A stretch of DNA of 35,476 nucleotides from an uncultured Candidatus Saccharibacteria bacterium (GTDB lineage Bacteria; Patescibacteriota; WWE3; UBA101185; UBA10185). The translations under genes and the position numbers were made by a program. This document shows positions 16,179 to 23,851 of this stretch, piece after piece. Position 1 is the first letter of the stretch. Every line of letters begins with the position of its first letter. The notes beneath the pieces were generated by a model, which ran no database searches, was not told the origin of the DNA, and saw only the letters and a program-made list of their open reading frames with translations. The DNA lies in contig CAZLHE010000003.1 in the NCBI GenBank assembly GCA_964559585.1, positions 1 to 35,476 on the forward strand. The letters are read 5' to 3'.

Positions 16179-16253
16179 GCGGGGGTAGCTCAGCCCGGTT
16201 AGAGCGCTACGTTTGATGCGTAGAGGTCGCGCGTTCAAGTCGCGTCCCCCGCT
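16179..16253 (+). tRNA. atypical class I tRNA, apparent anticodon UGA, Gly-type acceptor stem, no encoded CCA; identity unresolved
   Basis: GCGGGGG-TA-GCTC-AGCCCGGTTA-GAGC-G-CTACG-TTTGATG-CGTAG-AGGTC-GCGCG-TTCAAGT-CGCGT-CCCCCGC-T. The anticodon is at 16214-16216. Position 37 is U. The 5-nt variable region is not Ser-like. Confidence 0.7.
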
Positions 16254-16267
16254 TTTAGAGAGTACAA

Positions 16268-16409
16268 GTAGGCGTAGCTCAATGGTAGAGCGTCTCCTGG
16301 ATCTACTGATGATTAGGCTTTTATCGGTCCCTTGTGCCGAGCTTTATCCATCCACTGCCTAACATCTTTTATTAGGAGAAGGTTGCTGGTTCAAGTCCGG
16401 TCGCCTACA
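16268..16409 (+). tRNA. tRNA gene with a ~70-nt intervening sequence in the anticodon loop; anticodon unresolved; no encoded CCA
   Basis: A good cloverleaf apart from the loop: GTAGGCG-TA-GCTC-AATGGTA-GAGC-G-TCTCC-[77 nt, 16298-16374]-GGAGA-AGGTT-GCTGG-TTCAAGT-CCGGT-CGCCTAC-A. Confidence 0.65.
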
Positions 16410-16417
16410 TCTGAATT

Positions 16418-16460
16418 GAGGAACGATGTTTTGCTCATAAGCACTCGTTCCTCTTTGTTT
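16418..16460 (+). terminator. intrinsic terminator after the tRNA pair
   Basis: 9-bp stem GAGGAACGA (16418-16426) with TCGTTCCTC (16445-16453), followed by TTTGTTT. Confidence 0.6.
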
Positions 16461-16481
16461 ATCCTATTAATTTCTTATATT

Positions 16482-17750
16482 TTAATTGGCGTTGGCCAAG
16501 GATTTTATAGGCTCAAGCTTTTTGAAAAACCTGCCTATAAAGACTTGAGAAATAATTGCTGCTGTGGCGAGAAAAGCCACTAATCCCCTAGCTCCGATAA
16601 GCTCTGTTACTGATGCTGAAAGAGTTAACGGGATGATCGTAGCTAAAGTTACTAAAAACCAAATATTTCCAAATATTCGCCCTAACATATCCTTTGAGGT
16701 TGATTCCTGAATAAATGTTTGTGTTGGAACCTCGGCTCCAATAAAGGCTGCTCCAAAGCACAGAGATATTATCGGAATCACAATCAATCTTGCTATAGAC
16801 GGCAGATATCCGACAAACATTAAAGATATCAAGCACACGAAAGCAACTAGTAAAGAGTATTTTATAAATACTATTTTTCGAATTCCTTTTTTAATAAGTT
16901 TTGGTAATTGAGTTACTGCTATTATTGTGCCCAAAAGTGCCGGAGTTATGACAAGTATAGCGGCATCTTCAACTTTTAAATAAAAAAGCTGATGGGCCAT
17001 TACGGGGATATTTAAAGCAATTATTGTAGCTGTGATCTCAATGCCGGCAACAAAAACAAGCGGGTAAAGAATTGATTTATTAGCGCTTACGTATTTATAA
17101 CCATTTATGACTTCTTTTAGAAATCCCAAGAGTTGGTTTTCTACATTTATCTTTCTTATAGGTTTCGTTGAGGGTAATCTAAGAACACTTGCAAATGCTA
17201 TAAAACCTAAAATCCCACAAAAAATTAAACTGATATTAAAACCTAAAAATTTAAATAAAAATCCCGCTAACGCGTAAGCAGTAAAAGTAGCCACCTGTTT
17301 AGTTAAGTAAAATGTTCCGTTCACTTGAGGCAGGTCTTCCCGTTTAAAAAGTGTGGGAATAAATGCGGATTCTGAAGGTAGATAGAATTGATTAAGGAAG
17401 GAATAGATAAAAGCAATAGTATACATCAACATAAACTTATGGCTTACAGGAATGTAAAGAAGAATGGTGAAGGCTTGAAGAAGATTTGTAACTATAAGAA
17501 GTGTTCTTTTATTTACAAGGTCAACAAGGGTTGAAGCAAAGGGTCCTACAACTAAAACAGGAATGCTGTAGGCAAGCCACAGGAGTGTTACTGAGTAGGA
17601 CGATCCGGTCTCCTGGAATATTTTGAGAACGAGTAGATAATTGACAATACAAACCGAAAGTATCGAACTTATTTGTGATGCGAGGAGACATCTAAAGGCT
17701 TTGTTTTTGAGTGCGGCCTTTGAAAACATAATTGAAGTTAATTTTATCAC
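16482..17750 (-). CDS. MFS transporter
   Basis: 422 aa with about 12 hydrophobic spans. The loop motif TLVDLVNKRTLL resembles the MFS 2-3 loop. The ORF-track start is GTG (17750); the ATG at 17729 is an alternative. Confidence 0.82.
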   Translation of the reverse strand: MIKLTSIMFSKAALKNKAFRCLLASQISSILSVCIVNYLLVLKIFQETGSSYSVTLLWLAYSIPVLVVGPFASTLVDLVNKRTLLIVTNLLQAFTILLYIPVSHKFMLMYTIAFIYSFLNQFYLPSESAFIPTLFKREDLPQVNGTFYLTKQVATFTAYALAGFLFKFLGFNISLIFCGILGFIAFASVLRLPSTKPIRKINVENQLLGFLKEVINGYKYVSANKSILYPLVFVAGIEITATIIALNIPVMAHQLFYLKVEDAAILVITPALLGTIIAVTQLPKLIKKGIRKIVFIKYSLLVAFVCLISLMFVGYLPSIARLIVIPIISLCFGAAFIGAEVPTQTFIQESTSKDMLGRIFGNIWFLVTLATIIPLTLSASVTELIGARGLVAFLATAAIISQVFIGRFFKKLEPIKSLANAN

Positions 17751-17778
17751 TAGCTAGACTTTGTTTAAACCTGATTTT

Positions 17779-17784
17779 TATAAT
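17779..17784 (+). promoter_or_regulatory. consensus -10 TATAAT, 7 nt upstream of the ATG at 17792
   Basis: TATAAT at 17779-17784, no SD. Confidence 0.4.
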
Positions 17785-17791
17785 ATCATTA

Positions 17792-18517
17792 ATGGTAATG
17801 CCCGAAGCCCCCTATATTAAAAAACTTGAGGTGTTTGAAGACTTTGATGTTTGGGAGGTAGATGGCGAGCATGTTCGAAATAAGATAAACCGGGAGTTCA
17901 CGAACTTTGGACAGCATTTTAGATTTGATTTTATCCCTACAAAAGAATTTTGGATTGATAAACAACATGGGTCAGACGAGAAGGATTATTTCATAAATCA
18001 TATGATCGTTGAATGGAATATGATGAAAAACGGAGTTCCTTATGACAAAGCATTGGAAGCAGCGGATTCGCTTGAAAAAAGAGAACGTTCTAAGTCTGAT
18101 TTGATGAAGAAACTTGAAAAGAAAGTAAGCAGTATTAGTTCTGACATTCCAAAAGAAATATATAAGGAAAAACTTGATAAGTACAAGGGTGTGGTTGAAG
18201 TGTGTGTTGTAAGCGGAGAGGCCGTAAGGGGACTTTACTTTAACGATTTTACCGAGGGTGGGCATCATTTTGTGTATGACTTTATTCCTTTAAATGAGGT
18301 TTGGATTGACGATGATCTGCCTCCCGGAGAAAGAGGTTTTGTGATACTTCATGAGTTACACGAAAGATACCTTATGTCAGGTGGAATGGATTATGTTCAC
18401 GCCCACAGGTCTTCCAGCATCATTGAATACAGATGTAGAAATGACGAAAAACTTTTAAAGGAGGCAATTGACGCGGAAATCGAGAAAAATAAACAGATTC
18501 TGGAAACAATAGTTTAA
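17792..18517 (+). CDS. hypothetical protein made of two tandem copies of an uncharacterised ~90-aa domain
   Basis: The two halves align: VWEVDGEHVRNKINREFTNFGQHFRFDFIPTKEFWID...EKDYFINH with VCVVSGEAVRGLYFNDFTEGGHHFVYDFIPLNEVWID...ERGFVILHE. The start is moved from the ORF-track TTG (17732) to the ATG at 17792. Confidence 0.6.
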   Translation: MVMPEAPYIKKLEVFEDFDVWEVDGEHVRNKINREFTNFGQHFRFDFIPTKEFWIDKQHGSDEKDYFINHMIVEWNMMKNGVPYDKALEAADSLEKRERSKSDLMKKLEKKVSSISSDIPKEIYKEKLDKYKGVVEVCVVSGEAVRGLYFNDFTEGGHHFVYDFIPLNEVWIDDDLPPGERGFVILHELHERYLMSGGMDYVHAHRSSSIIEYRCRNDEKLLKEAIDAEIEKNKQILETIV

Positions 18518-18518
18518 T

Positions 18519-18527
18519 TGCTATAAT
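18519..18527 (+). promoter_or_regulatory. perfect extended -10 TGcTATAAT, 6 nt upstream of the GTG start at 18534
   Basis: TG at 18519-18520 and TATAAT at 18522-18527. Confidence 0.45.
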
Positions 18528-18533
18528 TTCTCC

Positions 18534-20087
18534 GTGATAAAGTTTCTTAAATTTTTAAGTTTGCTGCTTTTTGTCGGAATATTCCTGGGTGTGAGACTTC
18601 CAAGACTAGGCACCGAAAGTTTCAACAGTGACGAGGTGTATTGGCATGACAGGTCAGAGGACTTTTTAAACGCGCTAAGCACTAAAAATTACGCTAAAAC
18701 TTTTCAGAAATACCATCCCGGTGTTCCCATAATGTGGGAATTTACGATTACGTCTCTTATTACGAGCAAGTTACAAAATACTTCTGTGGGAAATATTTTT
18801 GCTAATGACGAAAAACTTCACATGGACGTAATGCTTGGTCTTGATATCTGGCTTTGTGTTCTTGCAGTTTGCATTTTACTTGTATTGAGCAAGGCTTTGA
18901 AAAACTGGTGGTTGGCTCTACTTTGCATGATAGTTTTGGTGGTAGAGCCGTTTTATCTTGGTAATTCAAGGCTTATTCATCACGATGCGCAGATATCTTT
19001 GTATGTGATTTTAGCTTTGGCGATAATTTATTTAAATATAAAGAAATTTAATTTTTTCCAGGTCGTGTTAGCTTCTTTGTTATTGTCACTAGCCGCCTTG
19101 TCAAAAACTTTGTTTATTGGAGCTTTTGTCTTTAGTTTGCTCGCGGGAGGTTCATTAACACTTCTAAATCAGGGCTTCAAAAAAACCATTTATTTTATGT
19201 TGACCCTTTTAGTTTTTTCGGTTGGTTTTTACTTTGCCTTATTTCCAGCACTTTGGGTGGAACCTAGTCAAACGTTAAACAAGATATTTATTCAAAGCCG
19301 AAAGGTTGGTGAGGATGATGGTCATGGCCAGATTTTCTTCGGGGTTCCAACTAAAAACCCGGGACCGTTCTTTTACCCGATACTTTTTCTCATTAAGAAT
19401 TCCTTATTTTTAATGATCGGCTTTGTGATTTTTGTAAGTAGTGTAATTTTTAGATTAGTAAAGCGGATATTTAGAAAAAGTTCAGGAAAACTTAAAGAAA
19501 TTTCTTTTGAGATATTTATGGGAATTTTTTACCTCGGTTATTTTTGTATACTTCAATATTTCAGTAAGAAGGTTGATAGGTACATAGTCCCCCTGTATCC
19601 ATTTTTCGCCATCGGGTCTGTTTTGGGCTGGGCAGAGTTTCTTAAAAAGAGATTTTATCTTGCAGTTATTCCATTGTTTTTGTTTGTCTACTCTGTCGCT
19701 ATTCCTCTTTATAAATTATTTCCTTATTACTTACTTTACAACTGCCCTATTTATGGAGATGCTTCGGTGGGGAACGAAATTATCGGGCAGAAACTATTCG
19801 GGGTTGGTGTGTTTGAACTTCGAGACAAAATCATTTCCAGATTTGGGGAAAGAGCTAAAATAGGCGCGAGCGATTTTGAATCGCTAGCATCTATATATAA
19901 GGGCGGGTATGTCGATAATGTTTTAGTTGCGCACCCGAACAGTTACAATGTAATGGTGCTTGGCCCAAATAAACCATTTCCACCAAGCATGAAAAACGAA
20001 CCTACCATTAAGTTTTATAAGGTTGATTCTGTTTATATTAATGGTTTGGAGTTTTGGAGGATTTATCACAAAAGAGTCCTTCACTAA
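18534..20087 (+). CDS. polytopic GT-C fold glycosyltransferase (ArnT/PMT-like, GT39/GT83-type)
   Basis: 517 aa with more than 10 hydrophobic spans. The first loop carries acidic residues (NSDEVYWHDRSEDF) as in ArnT/PMT-type enzymes, and there is a soluble C-terminal ~110 aa. GTG start. Confidence 0.65.
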   Translation: MIKFLKFLSLLLFVGIFLGVRLPRLGTESFNSDEVYWHDRSEDFLNALSTKNYAKTFQKYHPGVPIMWEFTITSLITSKLQNTSVGNIFANDEKLHMDVMLGLDIWLCVLAVCILLVLSKALKNWWLALLCMIVLVVEPFYLGNSRLIHHDAQISLYVILALAIIYLNIKKFNFFQVVLASLLLSLAALSKTLFIGAFVFSLLAGGSLTLLNQGFKKTIYFMLTLLVFSVGFYFALFPALWVEPSQTLNKIFIQSRKVGEDDGHGQIFFGVPTKNPGPFFYPILFLIKNSLFLMIGFVIFVSSVIFRLVKRIFRKSSGKLKEISFEIFMGIFYLGYFCILQYFSKKVDRYIVPLYPFFAIGSVLGWAEFLKKRFYLAVIPLFLFVYSVAIPLYKLFPYYLLYNCPIYGDASVGNEIIGQKLFGVGVFELRDKIISRFGERAKIGASDFESLASIYKGGYVDNVLVAHPNSYNVMVLGPNKPFPPSMKNEPTIKFYKVDSVYINGLEFWRIYHKRVLH

Positions 20088-20277
20088 CTATGAATAAAGT
20101 TGTTTCAAAAGTAAGATACGCCAGTGAACTTATGCCACAAAATCTTAGGAAAAAAGCAATGGAAAAGTAATTTCTAACAAGACACTTTGGAATAATCTTT
20201 TTATTGAGAATTGAGTTCTTTTGAACTACACTTAAAACAACTACCTAGGAACCTTAAAAAACGAATAGGAGAATAAA

Positions 20278-21246
20278 ATGACACCCCATACGAGTGCAGC
20301 AGCGCTGTCAGACTATCTGACCTGTCCGGCTTTGTACTACTTTAAGCACGTACTAAAGCTGAAGGGAATGATTAGTTACCCAATGTTATGTGGAAAGGCG
20401 GTTCATGAGTTTATCGCCGGCATGTATCGACAAAGACCGAAAGGCCGGAAGTTTTTCTATAAATCTCTTGAATCGGCATCAGGGGCGTGGCATTACAAAT
20501 GGTCAACAATGCTTAAGGAAAACGAAGAGTCATTGATGGAGCCCGATAAAGCAACTGCTGGGAAATACCGCAACATCGGGCTTAGATGTATTTCAAACTA
20601 TTGGAATGCTAATGAGTGTAAACCCGATCCAGTCGAAATTGAGCAAAGAAGAAGAATTAAGGTTTTTGGAGTGGATCTAGTTACTGTGTCTGATCAGGTT
20701 AGGGCTGTTAGCAATGAAGTAGTTGCTAGATATAGACCCGATCTTATTTCAGATGGGCAGTTAAATTCCGGCTACTCCCCGCAAGTAATAATTGACATAA
20801 AAACGTCTCTGAGTGATTGGGACAGGGGGAAAGATACATCTGAACTTGCAAAAGCAGGCAATCAGCACCACCTGGCGAGTAGTATTCAAGCCACGGCTTA
20901 TACCAGAGCCTATAAATACTATAACGGTGTGTGGCCAATTGGGTTTTTCTTTTACGCTCTTTACCACAACAAATTTTATTTTGTGTCGGTAGAAGATGAG
21001 GAGAGCCAAAAAAGATTAGATGAAGTCATCCTTCATTTAGTCAGGAATTTGAATTGCGAGTCTTTTCCGAAACACCCTACCCTAAACTGCAGAAATTGTG
21101 TGTGTCTACAACACTGCTTGGGAGAAAAAGGGATTCAGATATCTATAAATACAGACTCTCTAAGCGGTCCTGACATAAGACACATCTTCAAAAGAGAATG
21201 GAAAAGTAACCAACCAAAACAATTGAGATTTAAATTTCCTAGGTAA
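20278..21246 (+). CDS. PD-(D/E)XK nuclease with a Cas4/AddB-type 4-Cys (4Fe-4S) signature (orphan Cas4-like / RecB-family exonuclease)
   Basis: 322 aa. N-terminal SDYLTCPALYYFKH; GKAVHEF; IIDIKTS (D-x-K); QATAY (RecB-family QxxxY). C-terminal CRNCVCLQHC gives C-x2-C-x5-C, which with Cys16 completes the 4-Cys signature. AGGAG SD at 20267-20271. Confidence 0.75.
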   Translation: MTPHTSAAALSDYLTCPALYYFKHVLKLKGMISYPMLCGKAVHEFIAGMYRQRPKGRKFFYKSLESASGAWHYKWSTMLKENEESLMEPDKATAGKYRNIGLRCISNYWNANECKPDPVEIEQRRRIKVFGVDLVTVSDQVRAVSNEVVARYRPDLISDGQLNSGYSPQVIIDIKTSLSDWDRGKDTSELAKAGNQHHLASSIQATAYTRAYKYYNGVWPIGFFFYALYHNKFYFVSVEDEESQKRLDEVILHLVRNLNCESFPKHPTLNCRNCVCLQHCLGEKGIQISINTDSLSGPDIRHIFKREWKSNQPKQLRFKFPR

Positions 21247-21254
21247 AATGACCT

Positions 21255-21290
21255 AAAGCCATAAATTCGAAGTTTATGGCTTTCTTGTTT
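21255..21290 (+). terminator. intrinsic terminator
   Basis: 11-bp stem AAAGCCATAAA (21255-21265) with TTTATGGCTTT (21273-21283), followed by CTTGTTTTG. Confidence 0.6.
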
Positions 21291-21331
21291 TGTTATGGAA
21301 AGAAAGTATTAAAACAGTTAGTATTTATAAT

Positions 21332-23851
21332 ATGGGTTTTCCTAAATATACCGCCCTATCCGTCGAGGAAACTATAAATGATCTTGAGACGTCTTCAGAG
21401 TTTGGTTTAACGAATAAATCTGTTCGTGAAAGGCTTTTGAAATACGGCAGTAACGAATCCAGGTCTCATGAAGTTAGCATATGGGAAATTTTTTTGAGGC
21501 AGTTTAAATCTGCATTTATTTACCTTTTACTTATAGCTTCCGTTCTAACCTTTGTTTTAAAGGAATACATAGATTGTTCCATGATATTGGCCTTCGTTTT
21601 GATAAATGTTTTTTTGGGGTTTGTTCAGGAATACAAATCAGAAAAAACGGCAAAATATTTGAAAAAATTTACTGATCGAAAAGCCGCGGTTTTAAGAGAA
21701 GGTAAAGAAATACTAATAAGTTCTTCAGAATTAGTTCCGGGAGACATTGTTCAAATTGAAACCGGTGATATAGTCTCAGCTGATTTAAGACTAATTAAGG
21801 CTAATAACCTGGTGATTGACGAATCAACACTAACCGGTGAGTCAGTACAAATCAGGAAACACATAGAAAAACTGGATTCTGAAAAAACGGATCTATATAA
21901 GGCTACAAATATTATATTTTCCGGTACTACGGTTGTCGAAGGCAAAGGGTATGCAGTTGTGGTGGCAACCGGAAAGGATACTGTATTTGGAAAAATAGCA
22001 AAAATAACAACTGAAACTAAAGAAGTCAGTGCGTTTGAAAAACAAATTACTAAATTCAGCAAGTTTATACTATTTTTAACCTTAATTACCCTTGCGCTTG
22101 TTTTTGTAGTTCACCTTGTGTTTAAAAGGACGGTGTCATTTGTTGATTTAACGGTGTTTTCTGTGGCACTGGCGGTAGGGGTAATTCCAGAGGCAATGCC
22201 TCTTGTATCTACTTTTTCCTTGTCTCTTGGAGCTGCGATGCTTGCCAAGAAGCATGTTATCGTAAAGAGACTTTCCTCAATCGAAGATCTTGGAGGAATA
22301 CAAATTTTATGTTCCGACAAAACAGGCACTATAACTGAAAATAAGCTTACAGTTGCAGATATTTTTTCTGAAAATAAGGAAGAAACCATAAAGTACTGTC
22401 TTTTAGCGTCTTCAGTTACAAACGGCGATATAACCCCTAATAATGCCTTTGATTTGGCCATTCACTTACAAGCGAGTAATAAAGAGAAAAGATTATTCTC
22501 TAGCGAAAAAAAGATATATGAAATACCTTTCAACCCAGCAAGAAAAAGAAACAGCGTGCTTGTAAAAGATGAAAATCTTAATACCTTGATAGTTAGAGGT
22601 GCGCCAGAAGCAATAGTACCCTTTGTTAAAAATTTATCGGAGTCTATGGGGGATAAAGTTATAAAGTGGATTTTGCACGAGGGAAGACTGGGTAGAAGAA
22701 CCATAGCAATTGCAAAGAAAACTGTTGTAGACGAAACGTATGAAATAAGTGATGAGGAAAATAACCTTGAACTTATTGGTTTAATTTCCTTTGAAGATCC
22801 AATAAAAAAGAGTACTACTGCCGCTGTATCTAAAGCAAAAAGTTATGGGGTGACGGTAAAAATAATTACCGGAGATAGCCCTGAGGTGGCTGGTGCAGTT
22901 GGGTATAAAGTTGGTATTGCGAATAGGTTTTCGGATGTAATAACCGGAGAGGAATTTGCAAAACTTAAAAGAGATGAACAAAAGGAAGTTTTGAAATCAA
23001 TTAATGTGTTTGCAAGAGTGTCTCCCGAACAGAAATATCAAATTATCAAACTTTTACAGGAGGATTTTGAGGTTGGTTATTTGGGAGAAGGAATTAATGA
23101 TGCTCCGGCTTTAAAGGCAGCGGGAGTTGCGATAGTAGTAGACAGCGCTGCGGATGTTTCCAGAGAAGTTGCCGATATAATTTTGCTTAAACGCAACTTA
23201 CAGGTAATTGTAGATGGAATAGAACTTGGTAGAAAAACTTTCGTGAATGTAACAAACTACATAAAGGCGACCTTGGCCTCCAATTTTGGAAACTTCTACG
23301 CGATGGTATTTGCTACCTTAATGATAGATTACTTACCGATGCTTCCGGTACAAATCCTTCTTGTTAATTTACTCTCTGATTTTCCTATGATCTCAATTGC
23401 AACTGACAGGCCGGTAAAAAGTGAGCTTAGAGAGCAGAAAAACTACTCTATTAAGGATATACTTCTTCTCGCAACGTTGCTTGGACTTGTAAGCACTGCC
23501 TTTGACTTTATGATGTTTGGCATGTTTGTTAAAAAAGGTCCCGGCGTTCTTAGAACCAACTGGTTTATCGGAAGTATTTTAACGGAGTTAGTCCTAATTT
23601 ATTCTATCAGGACTAGAAAGTTCATCTTTAATTTGAAAAAAATGCCTTCCATCCAAATAATTGTTTTAACTTTAGTGGCTGCCTTTTTTACTGTGTATAT
23701 ACCCCTTACCAAATTTGGGGCGGAAGTCTTTCAATTTGTTAAGCCCACATCAAACTATTTATGGCTACTCCTAGCTATAGTGATAGCTTACTTTTTAAGC
23801 ACAGAAACTGTTAAAAGACTTTACTATAAACATATAAATTCTATTAAATGA
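21332..23851 (+). CDS. P-type cation-transporting ATPase (type II/III, Ca2+/Mg2+/H+-like; specificity unresolved)
   Basis: N-terminal cation-ATPase domain (LSVEETINDLETSSEFGLT), TGES, phosphorylation site CSDKTGTITENK, TGDSPEVA, and hinge GEGINDAPALKAAGVAIV. The start is set at ATG 21332 because the ORF-track TTG at 21290 lies in the upstream terminator. Confidence 0.9.
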   Translation: MGFPKYTALSVEETINDLETSSEFGLTNKSVRERLLKYGSNESRSHEVSIWEIFLRQFKSAFIYLLLIASVLTFVLKEYIDCSMILAFVLINVFLGFVQEYKSEKTAKYLKKFTDRKAAVLREGKEILISSSELVPGDIVQIETGDIVSADLRLIKANNLVIDESTLTGESVQIRKHIEKLDSEKTDLYKATNIIFSGTTVVEGKGYAVVVATGKDTVFGKIAKITTETKEVSAFEKQITKFSKFILFLTLITLALVFVVHLVFKRTVSFVDLTVFSVALAVGVIPEAMPLVSTFSLSLGAAMLAKKHVIVKRLSSIEDLGGIQILCSDKTGTITENKLTVADIFSENKEETIKYCLLASSVTNGDITPNNAFDLAIHLQASNKEKRLFSSEKKIYEIPFNPARKRNSVLVKDENLNTLIVRGAPEAIVPFVKNLSESMGDKVIKWILHEGRLGRRTIAIAKKTVVDETYEISDEENNLELIGLISFEDPIKKSTTAAVSKAKSYGVTVKIITGDSPEVAGAVGYKVGIANRFSDVITGEEFAKLKRDEQKEVLKSINVFARVSPEQKYQIIKLLQEDFEVGYLGEGINDAPALKAAGVAIVVDSAADVSREVADIILLKRNLQVIVDGIELGRKTFVNVTNYIKATLASNFGNFYAMVFATLMIDYLPMLPVQILLVNLLSDFPMISIATDRPVKSELREQKNYSIKDILLLATLLGLVSTAFDFMMFGMFVKKGPGVLRTNWFIGSILTELVLIYSIRTRKFIFNLKKMPSIQIIVLTLVAAFFTVYIPLTKFGAEVFQFVKPTSNYLWLLLAIVIAYFLSTETVKRLYYKHINSIK

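Noticed and set aside
16179-16253. UGA-to-Gly recoding (genetic code 25, as in Gracilibacteria/SR1), suggested by a Gly-like tRNA with an unusual anticodon
   Set aside because: The anticodon is 5'-UGA-3', which reads UCA. It is not UCA, which would read UGA. TGA clearly terminates conserved genes here, for example the ATPase at 23849-23851. All long ORFs are intact under the standard code.
16306-16312. Hammerhead-ribozyme-like CUGAUGA box inside the tRNA insert
   Set aside because: The helix that follows (TTAGGC...GCCTAA) is not followed by the obligatory GAAA core element. Instead GATG pairs with CATC to continue a plain hairpin.
16298-16374. Group I self-splicing intron in the tRNA anticodon loop
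   Set aside because: About 70 nt is far below the ~200 nt needed for the P3-P8 catalytic core. I could find no P7-like guanosine-binding pairing.
17732-17791. TTG-initiated hydrophobic extension (MKLILSLARLCLNLIFIISL) of the tandem-domain protein
   Set aside because: It would overlap the divergent MFS gene start by 19 nt. The ATG at 17792 has a consensus TATAAT 7 nt upstream. The extension looks like translated AT-rich spacer.
18350-18364. HExxH zinc-metalloprotease motif in the tandem-domain protein (LHELHERY)
   Set aside because: The spacing is H-E-L-H (HExH), not HExxH. The equivalent position in repeat 1 (NHMIVEW) lacks the motif.
20090-20170. 26-codon ORF (MNKVVSKVRYASELMPQNLRKKAMEK) after the GT-C gene
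   Set aside because: No SD or promoter geometry, and the composition is typical of AT-rich spacer. It has no support beyond being open.
20278-21246. CRISPR-Cas locus, implied by the Cas4-like gene
   Set aside because: I saw no direct-repeat and spacer array and no cas1/cas2-like ORF anywhere in the 35 kb. It is treated as an orphan nuclease.
21290-21331. TTG-initiated extension of the P-type ATPase ORF
   Set aside because: It overlaps the U-tract of the upstream terminator (21255-21290). The cation-ATPase N-terminal domain begins right after the in-frame ATG at 21332.
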